Below are positions 38,841-49,382 of a stretch of DNA of 64,000 nt, one piece after another. Position 1 is the stretch's first letter; each line of letters opens with the position of its first letter. The stretch covers positions 99,450,001 through 99,514,000 of the forward strand of contig CM059432.1 of assembly GCA_030390025.1 (NCBI GenBank). The letters are read 5' to 3'. The notes under the pieces were generated by a model. That model saw only the letters and a program-made list of their open reading frames with translations. It did no database searches and was not told where the DNA came from. The stretch is from Squalus acanthias (lineage: Eukaryota). The translations under genes were made by a program, and so were the position numbers.

Positions 38841-41800
38841 TGTAAAGTTCGCAATTATCGCGATTCAAAATAACATAAGAGAAGCAGATTCGTTTGATCA
38901 GTTTTATTAAACGAAATGCTGTCCTGATAATAAAGGACACAGAAGCCTGTAAAATGGCCGCCGCGCATCGTGGCAGCAGCTTCCAGAAACACAGTGGGCA
39001 GACAAGATGGAGTCGAATATACATTCAGTATAAGATTGGATCATAACAACAGAAAACGCTGGAAAAACTCAGCAGGCGAGGCAACATCTGTGGAGAGAGA
39101 AACAGAGTTAACATTTCAGGTCGAAACCCTTCGTCGGAACTGAAAGAGCAAGAAATAAACAGATAAAAATGCAAGGGGGAGGCTGGGGGGAGGAATAAAA
39201 GAACAAAAGGGATGGTCTTTAGTGAGTAGAGACATTAAGAGATGCTCAAGGCAAGACGAGATGGTAATGGGACAGGTTGAGAAACAAAAGGTAAGGTGTG
39301 AAATGCTGACAGAATCAGAGACAGCTGCCGTGGGGGGAGAGAGAGAAAAAAAGGAAAAAGGCACGGACCAAACGAGTGGATAAAATGTGTACATATGTGG
39401 TAGGGGCCGGGGTTATGATCTGAAATTGTTGAACTCGATATTGAGTCCGGAAGGCTGTAAAGTGCCTAAACGGAAGATGAGGTGCTGTTCTTGGAGCTTA
39501 CGCTGCGCTTCCGTGGAACAATGCAAGAGGCTGAGGACGGTGAGGTCTGAGTGAGCGTGGAGGGGTGAATTAAAATGACAAGCGACCGGAAACTCGGGGT
39601 CACCCTTCCGGACTGAACGGAGGTGTTCTGCAAAGCGGTCACCCAATCTGCGTTTGGTCTCCCCAATGTAGAGGAGACCACATCGTGAGCAGCGAATACA
39701 GTATACTAGATTGCAAGAAGTACAAGTAAATCGCTGTTTCACCTGAAGGGGTGTTTCCCCTTCCAGGTGAAACAGCGATTTACTTGTACTTCTTGCAATC
39801 TAGTATACTGTATTCGCTGCTCACGATGTGGTCTCCTCTACATTGGGGAGACCAAACGCAGATTGGGTGACCGCTTTGCGGAACACCTCCGTTCAGTCCG
39901 GAAGGGTGACCCCGAGCTTCCGGTCGCTTGTCATTTTAATTCACCCCTCCACGCTCACTCAGACCTCACCGTCCTCGGCCTCTTGCATTGTTCCACGGAA
40001 GCGCAGCGTAAGCTCCAGGAACAGCACCCTCATCTTCCGTTTAGGCACTTTACAGCCTTCCGGACTCAATATCGAGTTCAACAATTTCAGATCATAACCC
40101 CGGCTCCTACCACATATGTACACATTTTATCCACTCTTTTGGTCCGTGCCTTTTTCCTTTTTTTCTCTCTCTCCCCCCACAGCAGCTGTCTCTGATTCTG
40201 CCAGCATTTCACACCTTACCTTTTGTTTCTCAACCTGTCCCATTACCATCTCGTCTTGCCTTGAGCATCTCTCAATGTCTCTACTCACTAAAGACCATCC
40301 CTTTTGTTCTTTTATTCCTCCCCCCAGCCTCCCGCTTGCATTTTTATCTGTTTATTTCTTGCTCTCTCAGTTCCGACGAAGGGTTTCGACCTGAAACGTT
40401 AACTTTGTTTCTCTCTCCACGGATGTTGCCTCGCCTGCTGAGTTTTTCCAGCGTTTTCTGTTCTTATTTCGGATTTCCAGCATCCGCAGTATTTTGCTAT
40501 CGTAAGATTGGATCATACTTGGTAAACATTGATAAAGACAGGATGCAACCCGTTTGCATTGTGAACAATAGCAATGATATAAGTGCTGGAATCGTTTTCC
40601 TATGCACAGTAAGGATCATTGTACTGAGCAATCGAAGGCCCATCCAGACACATCAATACACAAATACCCCCCTGGCTCTACAATGAGAGAGACATCGACG
40701 GGTGATTAAGCAAGTATTCGGGGGGCCCCAAAACCAGTCAGGGAGACGATTCATACACATCCTGGCTGGGTCAACAATGGGGAAAACATTAACGGATAGT
40801 TGGCCAGTTTCAGGTGCTACCGAAACCCGTTAAAGAAGATAATCGCCCCATGCTGGGAGTTTTGAGCGCCAATATTACACAAAGGACAAACATTAAGATT
40901 TGAGCGGGAGATAAGCCGGCACATCACTATAACTATAGAGAACAAATGTCCATCGCCCTCTTGATTCGACTCTTGTCTCTCTGGTATCGCTTTCCTGGAC
41001 GGTCAGCCTCTTGTTTTTCTCTCTGGACTTTGTTGACTCTTGACTCTTAGCCGTACTGGTCGGTTATTCGAGTGTTGGGTGGAGCTCAATCGGGACAAGC
41101 CGCCCCGACAAGGGCAAGTAACAGGGTACACCATCCCGAGTGTCGGTAAACGGTGTCTGGACCCGGAGGCCCGAGGAGACGAGACGAGAAGAAGACGAGA
41201 AGAAGACGAGAAGAAATTCCACGTGCCACCATGGTCAGTAAACCCCGAACGGGGCCGAAAATATAAATACAGGACTCTTCTTTGAGTTCTACCGACTACA
41301 ACCTGTGTCGAGCACAGGAAGACTCTTCTTTGAACTGTGTCCGAGGTCCGTCGAGTTCTTCATGACAACAGAGAGTCTGGCCTGTTTTTTGCAGCAGCGA
41401 AAGTAAACAAGTGGGGTGCAGAGACCCTTCCAGGCACATGACAGTCAGGCGCTGCAGCGAAACGAGCTGAGTGCCTCACTTTAAAATCTCCGAAGTAAAA
41501 CGAGTGGTGAGCATGATTTCCGATCCTACAAATCTAGACGTAGTGTAGGTATTGATAAGGGAGGGTGGTTTTAATAAGGTTAAGATATAATGTGTTCCCC
41601 TTTCTACGATGTGCCGTGTGTTCTCCATTTCCATAGACCAAGCTTTATGAATGTATGTATACTTGTACTATCTTTGATTTGCGCCTATGACATGTATTTC
41701 ATGATTTTAGACGCCATGCAATAAAGATTTCCATTTCGTACTATTCAACCGGGTCTATTTGAGTTTTTCTCTGCATTACTGCTCCCTGCACCTAAGTCCA

Positions 41801-41943
41801 GTGTTAGAACCGTAAGGGCGAGTGGGTCGAACCACTCACAGGTGCTTATTGCAAAAAGGTTGGCCGGAGACCAGAGCAAGCAATAGTATAGGCAACGAAG
41901 GCCTAACCTCACACCAGCACCGTCTGAGACACGCCCCCTTAGA
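38841..41943 (+). repeat. 5' LTR (interrupted by Penelope palindrome 39046-40502)
   Basis: Aligns with 52126-53745 (4 differences in the first 205 bp). TATA-like tataaa at ~41263 and AATAAA at ~41720. Ends ttaga versus ttaca in the 3' LTR. Confidence 0.93.
39046..40502. mobile_element. Head-to-head inverted pair of Penelope-like 3' fragments (GIY-YIG plus tail), ~700-bp arms
   Basis: KQRFTCTSCNLVYCIRCSRCGLLYIGETKRRLGDRFAEH on both strands. Centre aagggg-tgttt-cccctt. 15-bp TSD taagattggatcata (39031-39045, 40503-40517). Confidence 0.92.
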
Positions 41944-41947
41944 GAAA

Positions 41948-43745
41948 ATGGCGACCGCGGCAGTGCACTGGCAGCAGGAGAGTAATGTTTTAGACCCTGG
42001 TTTGAATAGGCGAAATGTGATGGATGAGAGGGTAGCCGACTATGTGTTTGGGAAGGTTAACTTAACCAAAAAGTGGATAAGTGACCTACTGATGGATAAG
42101 CGTCCACTAGACGTCGCCATCAAATGGACAGGCAGTAAAGATCATAAGAAGTCGGTAGAGAAAGCGGTCTGGCTGATGTGCTACAAGAAGCAAGTCCAAC
42201 TTTCGGACCAGGTCATTGCAGCACAGGCAGCTCAGATCAGGGAATTGGAAGTTGAGATGGAGGAAAAGGTCACGGGAGGACAGAAACTCATTGCATCATT
42301 GAATGCGTTACATCAGGAATGACAAATAGTAGCCAACCACCATGAGGCTAAAATTGATTACCTAGAATGTCAGGTCACGGAAGCAAAATTAAACGAGGGT
42401 AGGATTAGAGAACGGTGTGTCCGCCTAGCTAACCAGATAAAAGCCCAGGAAGAAAGCTTGAAGGGAGTTAGGGCGGCATACAAGATGGCCCTCGAGGATA
42501 GGCATGAGGGAGCTGACCACAGTGTTTGCCAGAGGGAGATAGAGAACCTAAGAGAGTCCCTGAGTAAGGCAAACGGCTTGGTGTGTCTCATCAGCCCGTC
42601 AGCGAGCCAGCCACAGGTGGGTAGGGAATTCCCAAAATCACTACCGGAAAAAGCAGAAGTGGTATCTGCCACTATACCCTCCGCGCCACCCAGCTATTCG
42701 GCAACCTGGGTAAGGGAGGAAGTGGTGGAAATAGAGAAGAAGGTTCCCGAGGTAGGACAATCCCCGGAGGTAGTGTCGAGACCGGGACCGATGTGTCCGC
42801 TCCGAGGTCACAAGAGAGGCCCGAATGGGAACAATGGGGAAGACGGAGATGTCTTGAACCAGCTTGTATTGCCCCACAGCTCACACCAGCTGAGAGCAAT
42901 GATTAGCCATGTACGGAAGCTGTCCGAGTCAGATGACCCTTCCGTACATTTTAGGCAAGTAGAACAGACCGCAGCAATTAATGGCTGCGACGACGAGGAA
43001 AAGACCAAAATGTTGCTGTTCTCCTTAGATAGCTCGATCCTTCAGTGTCTCTCCGACGAGAGCAAGAAGGGAAATAAAACCTATGGGGAGTTACGGGACG
43101 AGGTCCTAGAAGTGTTAGGGGCGGATGATGAAGGCCCGTTCGTCAGATTGAGTCAAACCATACAGATGGAGGGAGAACCCCCGAAGGTTTTCGCCGACAG
43201 ACTGGCCAGTATACCAGCGTAGCTGCCCAGCTGCGCCAGCGCGCACCTATCTGGACGGCGCCGGGAAAGCTCATTGGCTCAGGTGTCTAGTAGCCAACAG
43301 CTTGCCAGCCGTCAGGGAGCAGGCCAGAGCGTGGTTTGATCCCACTAACCCCGCCACAACGGAGGAATCTGTCCTGAATCGACTCACCATAGGGTATTGG
43401 AACACTAGGAGCACGGGAGCGCGTCCCCTTAAGGGAAAGGTGCATGAAGCAAAGCCCGCAGCTCCGGCTCAGAAAGAGTGGCATCAGGAGGGAAATCGCG
43501 CCCCACAAACCAGTAGTGTTTGTTACGGGTGCGGGAAGACAGGTCACTGGCGTAAAAGCTGTAGGAATCCCTGGAAGGATTCCAGGGAAAAAGCTCCCGC
43601 AGTCCGAACCCAAGCGCCTGTCTCTGAGAAAGGAACTGGTGTGCCTATCCCTCCCGACGCGATAGAATCAATGTTAGGAGCCATGCGGTCTCTTATGACC
43701 TCACACGGGGAGGTAGCAACAGCCCCATACAACCCAGGCTTCTGA
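41948..43745 (+). pseudogene. gag: gag (coiled-coil N-region, capsid MHR-like motif, CCHC zinc knuckle); one in-frame stop at 42320-42322 and a frameshift at ~43200
   Basis: Kozak-context aaaATGG. ORFs 41822 and 42458 share a frame. QMEGEPPKVFADRL is MHR-like; CYGCGKTGHWRKSC is the knuckle. Confidence 0.85.
41949..41963 (+). promoter_or_regulatory. Primer-binding site, complementary to the 3' end of tRNA-Arg(UCG)
   Basis: TGGCGACCGCGGCAG just downstream of the 5' LTR. Vertebrate tRNA-Arg-TCG ends ...CCTGCCGCGGTCG-CCA (from memory). Confidence 0.8.
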
Positions 43746-44855
43746 CTGGAACCGGCGCAGCCTGCCTACCTGTGTCCCCTTGAAAGACACGCACAGGAGG
43801 GGGCCTCCTGTAAGGAGGCCAGGTTAAAAGAGCAGGCCTTGCGGGAGGAGAACGCCCGCTTAATGGGGAAAGTAGACGGGCTAGAAGGGCAGCTTAGAGA
43901 GCAGGCCTTACGGGAGGAGAACGCCCGCTTAATGGGGAAAATAGACGGGCTAGAAGGGCAGCTTAGAGACATAAAAGCAGCCTACAGGGTAGCCAGGAGC
44001 AGAGAGTATGAGGTTTTAAACCATGGGCCCTGTGAGGAAAGGTTAAAGGGTCTGACCCAAGCCCTATCCAAAGCCAGAGGGATGGTTTGCTCAACAACCC
44101 CGGGGGAATTCACCACCCCGCAGTTGCAAGCCATGGTAGCAGAGTTGCCCAAACTAAAACAGAATAGAAATCTTCAGGCTCCAGCAGGCGAGATTACACA
44201 GAAGGCACAAGCAGGGGCGGTGGCCTGTCTTAGGGGAGGGGCCAGACCTGCAAGTGGGGACTCTCAGCCCCGGGTAGAACCGCAGGGCACACAGGCCGGT
44301 AAAGCAGCCTGCGTGAGGGGAGAAGATATTTTGGAAACGTGTAGGATCTTTTCTTGGTCTTGGGATTCAGATGAGGAAGAGCTCGGAGAGCTCGACCAAG
44401 GTAGTGACCCGGTCGGAGAGGTGGTGGGGTCGGAGGACGGAGGTTCCGCCCTCGACCCAAGCATAGGGGAGATAGGGATTGCGAGTGGAGTTCCACTTAC
44501 TGGGGAAACAAGTAGGGTGGAGTCGGAAACCACAGATCCCGAGCCCAGGGGGGCGGAGCCAGGGGAGACAGAGCCGGCGTCTGTGGTGGGACCACAGGCC
44601 GTGACGGTGGAAGTCCCGGTTCCCGGTCCGTCGGTCCTGGAGATCTTGCCCAAGGTAGCCCTCCGTAGGTCAAGTCGGACACCCCAGCCCAGGAAGCTGT
44701 GGTCAAATCCCTCGTACACCCCCAGGCGTAAGTTCAAGGCAGCCCAGGGAGATCCCAGTCCCAGCTCAGCAACGACAGGCTGCGGCAGATCAAAGGCAGG
44801 GGTCAGTGCCCCCGCGCCACTGGGAAAAGCTCGTGGCAGCCTTCGCAGAATTTAG
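43746..44855 (+). CDS. ORF2 in the pol position, in frame after the gag TGA: diverged Gag coiled-coil copy plus acidic/Pro-rich and basic tail; no PR/RT/RH/IN motifs
   Basis: Frame is open from TGA-CTG to TAG at 44855. Ungapped similarity to gag (KAAYRVA..HGPC..LSKARGMVC versus RAAYKMA..HSVC..LSKANGLVC). Confidence 0.65.
   Translation: MEPAQPAYLCPLERHAQEGASCKEARLKEQALREENARLMGKVDGLEGQLREQALREENARLMGKIDGLEGQLRDIKAAYRVARSREYEVLNHGPCEERLKGLTQALSKARGMVCSTTPGEFTTPQLQAMVAELPKLKQNRNLQAPAGEITQKAQAGAVACLRGGARPASGDSQPRVEPQGTQAGKAACVRGEDILETCRIFSWSWDSDEEELGELDQGSDPVGEVVGSEDGGSALDPSIGEIGIASGVPLTGETSRVESETTDPEPRGAEPGETEPASVVGPQAVTVEVPVPGPSVLEILPKVALRRSSRTPQPRKLWSNPSYTPRRKFKAAQGDPSPSSATTGCGRSKAGVSAPAPLGKARGSLRRI
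43829..43969 (+). repeat. 69-bp in-frame tandem duplication (23 aa x2)
   Basis: EQALREENARLMGK(V/I)DGLEGQLR occurs twice. Confidence 0.9.
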
Positions 44856-45274
44856 GTAGGCCGCCCTGGGAACGGGCGGCGCTGTACAGTTAAGTTTAGG
44901 ATAAGTTTAAGTTTATAGGGGTAGAAATTAGGTCGCGCCCCATTTGGGGCGCAAATATCGTCCGAGCGCAAATATTAGCGCCTGGCGCTAATTATCGGCA
45001 CTGACAGGAAACTTCACTTTTACCGCCCCGGGAGGTGAGTGGAGCGCTAAATTAGGCGCTGCACACCTCTCTTAAGGCGCAAAGGCCTAGGAGTGAGGCG
45101 CTACCTCAGCGCACGAGCGCAGCGCAGCTGCTGCCAGTTAGCGAGGGAACACAGACACACTGGCGCCAGACACTTCTTAAAGCGGGGGGGGCCACTTGCT
45201 CTCCAGCCACACCCTGCTCATTGCAGCCTTGAATCTCAGCCTGGAGAGACCTGTAATCCATTTTGCTGCCAAGC

Positions 45275-47205
45275 ATGGAGAGGGTGAGAGAACGCGCTCA
45301 TCGCTTCACCGAGCGGGCCTTGGATGCTCTGGTTGACGCAGTGGAGCGCAGACGATGCATGCTGTTCCCGGAGAGTGGCAGGAGGCCTTTGCCACGCGAG
45401 TTCAGAAGAGTGTGGAGGGAGGTGGCTCAGAGCGTCTCCTCCAGGAGCATGGTGCCCAGGACCCATGTTCAGTGCCGCAAAAAGTTCAACGACCTCACTC
45501 GGGTCGTCAGGGTGAGTGGCTTTTTCTCAATACCTCTCCATCCCTCCATCTCAACCTCACTCTATGGCCAGAGGGTCTTAAAACCCCAATGCACAACACT
45601 CATCCAACACCTATGGCCCTTTCATCAAACACACACACACATTCCACACTTTGCATACAGTAAGGGCTATTCACCTATGGGAGGCACATCAGGCAAGACC
45701 ATGGCTGTATACAGTAAGGGCTATTCACCTATGGGAGGCACATCAGGCAAGACCATGGCTGTATATTGTAAGGGCTATTCACCTATGGGAGGCACATCAG
45801 GCAAGACCATGGCTGTATATTGTAAGGGCTATTCACCTATGGGAGGCACATCAGGCAAGACCATGGCTGTATATTTACTCAGATGCTGTCCTTTTTCTTG
45901 CAGGCTAAGCTGGCTCATAATCGGAGACAGCAGCAACGGACGGGTGGAGGGCGGCTTCAGCTGCAACCCCTCAGCGATCTGGAGGAGCGCGTCCACAGGA
46001 TTGTGGCAAGCCGGGTGATCGGTCCCGTCGCCACTGGGGACGCCGACCCCGTTGTGGACAGCAATGGTAAGGTCATCACCTTTTTGTCCTCTGTCCTTCC
46101 ACTTGTCCCTCACAATACCAGCCTTTGACACTTTCAATCCAACTTGCTAACTCGCTGCACTTATTCCTCCCTTACTGCCACCCTGTCCTCACGCTAAAGC
46201 CACTCTTGTACCTCCCTGCTTTCAGATGGTGATTCACCAGCTGAGGAGACGGGCCCTGAAGCTGCCACTGGGAGTGATGCTGCAGCTGAGGAGGAAGAGG
46301 AAGCCGGAGCATCAGTGCCACCCTCTCCCGAGGAAGCCCATGGCCACACTGGGAACACGCCTTCCCCGGAGGGGAGCAGGGGGGAAGGGGCTGATGATGG
46401 TGAGGCTCCAGGACCCAGCGGGCTGCAGCAACGCCATGGGGGGGGGAGGGAAGAACGGGAGCCTTCTCCCCAGAGGGAGAGTATGCCAGACACTCCTACT
46501 GCAATGGACGCAGAGGAGGAGCGGCTGATTGCAGAAATGAACAGCCAGGCGGTGGGCATGCACACTGAGCTCATGGGTGCAGTGGGAAGGGTGCCCGAAT
46601 GCATTGAGGCAATGGCAAGGAGTGTGGAGCACTTCGCTGTAGCACAGGCGGATGCCACACTAAAGCTTAGTGCTGCAATTCAGTCACTGGCTGCCAGGAA
46701 CCCATCTGAGACTGCTCTCATGCAGACTCAGATTGAGGCCACGCGAGCACTGACTGCTGCCATCCTCGATGGTTCGTGCACATGTCCCCGGGGCTGTCAC
46801 CGCGCCGCAGCAGGCCAGCAATCTGTTCTCCGGCAAATTGCTCCGGATGCTGAAGTGCTGCCCCGTGGGAGTGCCAGTGTGTCGGGCGAGCAGGGAGTTG
46901 CTGTCCTCTCTCACGATGACAGCATTCCTGCTGCCAACACTGTCACTTCTCCACTGCACTTGCCACCGCCTGTAGGACAGACTGCTGCCGCCCATGCAGA
47001 GTTGGTGCAGTCTGCAGCCGGGCCCTCCAGGCCCAGAAGTGGTCGAGGCCGTCCTTCAGGGGCATCTGCAGTGTCAGGGTCTGACGAGCAGCAGCCTTCC
47101 ACCAGCCTTGCTGCAGCCACTGAGGTCCCATTACGGAGGAGCAGTAGGGTTAGAAGAGGGGAAGTGCGCAAGGGAAGGAGATCACCCTCGAAGGGCAAAA
47201 AGTAG
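45275..47205 (+). CDS. Harbinger Myb/SANT-like protein, 3 exons (45275-45511, 45904-46066, 46226-47205), predicted 459 aa
   Basis: RFTERALDALVDAV...WREVAQSV...RTHVQCRKKFNDL Myb-like domain. GT-AG introns in phases 0 and 1 keep the frame open. Confidence 0.85.
45656..45873 (+). repeat. 54-bp minisatellite x4 in intron 1 of the Myb gene
   Basis: taagggctattcacctatgggaggcacatcaggcaagaccatggctgtata at 45661, 45715, 45769 and 45823. Confidence 0.95.
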
Positions 47206-47499
47206 GAGGTGTGCCAAAATGCTGGTCATTTTTTTATTAAAGGCCGAGGTTCATGGCCCAACTTTTGTTTAGTGTTTTGGACATTATCTCCAGGTTGTGA
47301 GAACCAGTTATGTTATTGACTGTTTTTTTGTGTTTATTTCTATGAGTTTGTCATGAGGAATTGACACACACAGAGTTTGTAAAATAAATAAGTTTCTGTA
47401 TTCAAAATATACATGGCTGGTGGTTGGAATTATTGGTGCCTTGGCCGGCTTAGGGGTTGCGTGCTGGGTTGATTCGTGTTTGTAGCAATGGCAGGGGCC

Positions 47500-48660
47500 C
47501 TAGAAGCGGCTTGCTATTAGTCGTTGACGGACGGCCCTTGCAGTTTGACCATTGTGGGCCGCCCTCCTGCCTTGGTGCTGCTGATGATCATCGTCCTCGT
47601 CCTGTTCCTCCTCTTCCTCCTCCTCCTCTGGTGGTGCTGCAAGGCCTGGTGGCATTGGCTGGGTCCTGAGGATTGCCATGTTGTGCAACATGCAGCACAC
47701 GACTACGAACTTCGAAACTTGCTCAGGCGAGTACTGCAGGGCTCCTCCGGAATGGTCCAGACAGCGGAACCGTTGTTTCAGCACGCCGATTGTGCGCTCA
47801 ATAATGTTCCTGGTTGCTTGATGGCTTTCCTGGTACCGCAGCTCAGCAGGGGTGTTTGGCGTACGGAGCGGTGTCATCAGCCAGGTGCTCAATGCGTACC
47901 CCTTGTCCCCCAGAAGCCAACCAACTGGCTGATGCGGTGCCTCGAAAAGTTCTGCCACAGTAGTCTGGCGCAGGATGAAAGCATCGTGGCAGCTGCCCGG
48001 ATAGTGGGCATTGACAGCGAGAATCACCTGTCTGTGGTCACAGACCAACTGCACATTCAAGGAATGGAACCCCTTTCTGTTCCTGAATTCCTCTGCATTC
48101 TCTCGCGGAGCACGCAAAGCCACATGCGTGCAGTCAATGGCGCCCTGCACCATGGGGAAGCCCGCTACCCTCGCAAAGCCCATAGCACGGTCATGCTGCT
48201 TGTCTGGGGTCATAGGGAAAGAGATGAAGTCTCGTCTCCTTCTGAAGAGGGCATTGGTGACCTGCCGGATGCAGCGATGCACCGCAAACTGGGAGATATT
48301 GGCGAGGTCCCCAACAGCAGCTTGGAATGAGCCAGTGGCGTAGAAGTTCAAAGCCACTGTGACCTTCACTGTCACCGACAGAGACGTCCTGGACCTCAGC
48401 TGAGGCTGCAGATCTGGCTGCAGCAGGTGGCAGAGCTCAGTGACCACCTCCTTGCTGAATCGCAGCCTTCGCAAACACAGCTCCTCGGACATATGGATGT
48501 AGGAGAGCTGTTCACGATATACCCTGGGAGGGTAAGCTCTCCTGTACATGCGCCTGATGGCCCTCCTCCGTCTGGCCATCATTGCCACTCTCTGTCTGCG
48601 TCTCACTATCCTCCGATTCAGCTGGAGCAGGACGACGCCCCCAATCATTGCAGCCCCCAT
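47500..48660 (-). CDS. Harbinger DDE transposase, 386 aa, intact (copy B)
   Basis: Same DDE motifs as copy A; about a dozen aa differences. Confidence 0.95.
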   Translation of the reverse strand: MGAAMIGGVVLLQLNRRIVRRRQRVAMMARRRRAIRRMYRRAYPPRVYREQLSYIHMSEELCLRRLRFSKEVVTELCHLLQPDLQPQLRSRTSLSVTVKVTVALNFYATGSFQAAVGDLANISQFAVHRCIRQVTNALFRRRRDFISFPMTPDKQHDRAMGFARVAGFPMVQGAIDCTHVALRAPRENAEEFRNRKGFHSLNVQLVCDHRQVILAVNAHYPGSCHDAFILRQTTVAELFEAPHQPVGWLLGDKGYALSTWLMTPLRTPNTPAELRYQESHQATRNIIERTIGVLKQRFRCLDHSGGALQYSPEQVSKFVVVCCMLHNMAILRTQPMPPGLAAPPEEEEEEEEQDEDDDHQQHQGRRAAHNGQTARAVRQRLIASRF

Positions 48661-49382
48661 ATTCTCTTTGCCAGAAAAGTAATGAGATACAGCAACTAAA
48701 GTAGCAACAAAGTTAGGATGAACTAGGCCAAACTACCTCACAAAGCGTTGAGTCAATGTAGAAGTCTCTCTCTCTCTCTCTCCGAATCTCTCTCTCTCTC
48801 TCAGAACGAGTGGTGCATAAATGTCGACCACAGAAAAAGACAGGAAGAGGCCCCCTTTAAATAGCGCCCCCACCAGCCCCACACCGATTGATAACATTCC
48901 AGTCTTCCGGTCGTTGGAAGCGCCAGGCGGTAAGGCAGGGGGCGCCACTCAATTTCCGCTCCGGGGCGCCCCAAGGGCATTGCACCATGGAATGACGTCA
49001 CAATCTGCGCGCGCAGGTGGTCGCAGCGGTAAGTTTTAGCGCCGCCGCACAATCTCAAGTTAAGTTCTCGAGCGGCGCAAACAGCGCTGCGCCCGGGCGT
49101 TAGCGGCTTAACGCCCCATTAGCGCCCTCTTAAGGCGCTAACGGGAGGCGCAACCAAGTGAATTTTTACCCCATAGTGTTTTAAGTTTGGTAAGTTTGTA
49201 GTTTAATTTTAAAAGTAAATGGTAAAATGATGGGAGTTAGTGATAGGAATAGTTAAAGTCTATCCAGCATACATGTCTTTGTATGTGAGACAAGGTCAAG
49301 GGACCCGCTCACCCTTCACAAAAGCCAGAGACTCTTGGGAGGCTGGCTACATCATTTTATCTGATCACAGGAACCAGGAGAG

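Larger units (their letters stand above)
44918..49172. mobile_element. Complete autonomous Harbinger transposon, copy B (4255 bp), inserted in the provirus between ORF2 and env
   Basis: TIRs ggggtagaaatt / aatttttacccc, ATA TSD, two convergent intact genes. Confidence 0.96.

Noticed and set aside
45656..45873. Regular repeats resembling a CRISPR array
   Set aside because: Head-to-tail 54-bp units without unique spacers, in a eukaryotic transposon intron.
44856..49382. pol hidden under or displaced by the Harbinger insertion
   Set aside because: The clean ATA TSD shows no deletion at the insertion. Removing the Harbinger leaves only ~270 bp of AT-rich spacer between ORF2 and env.
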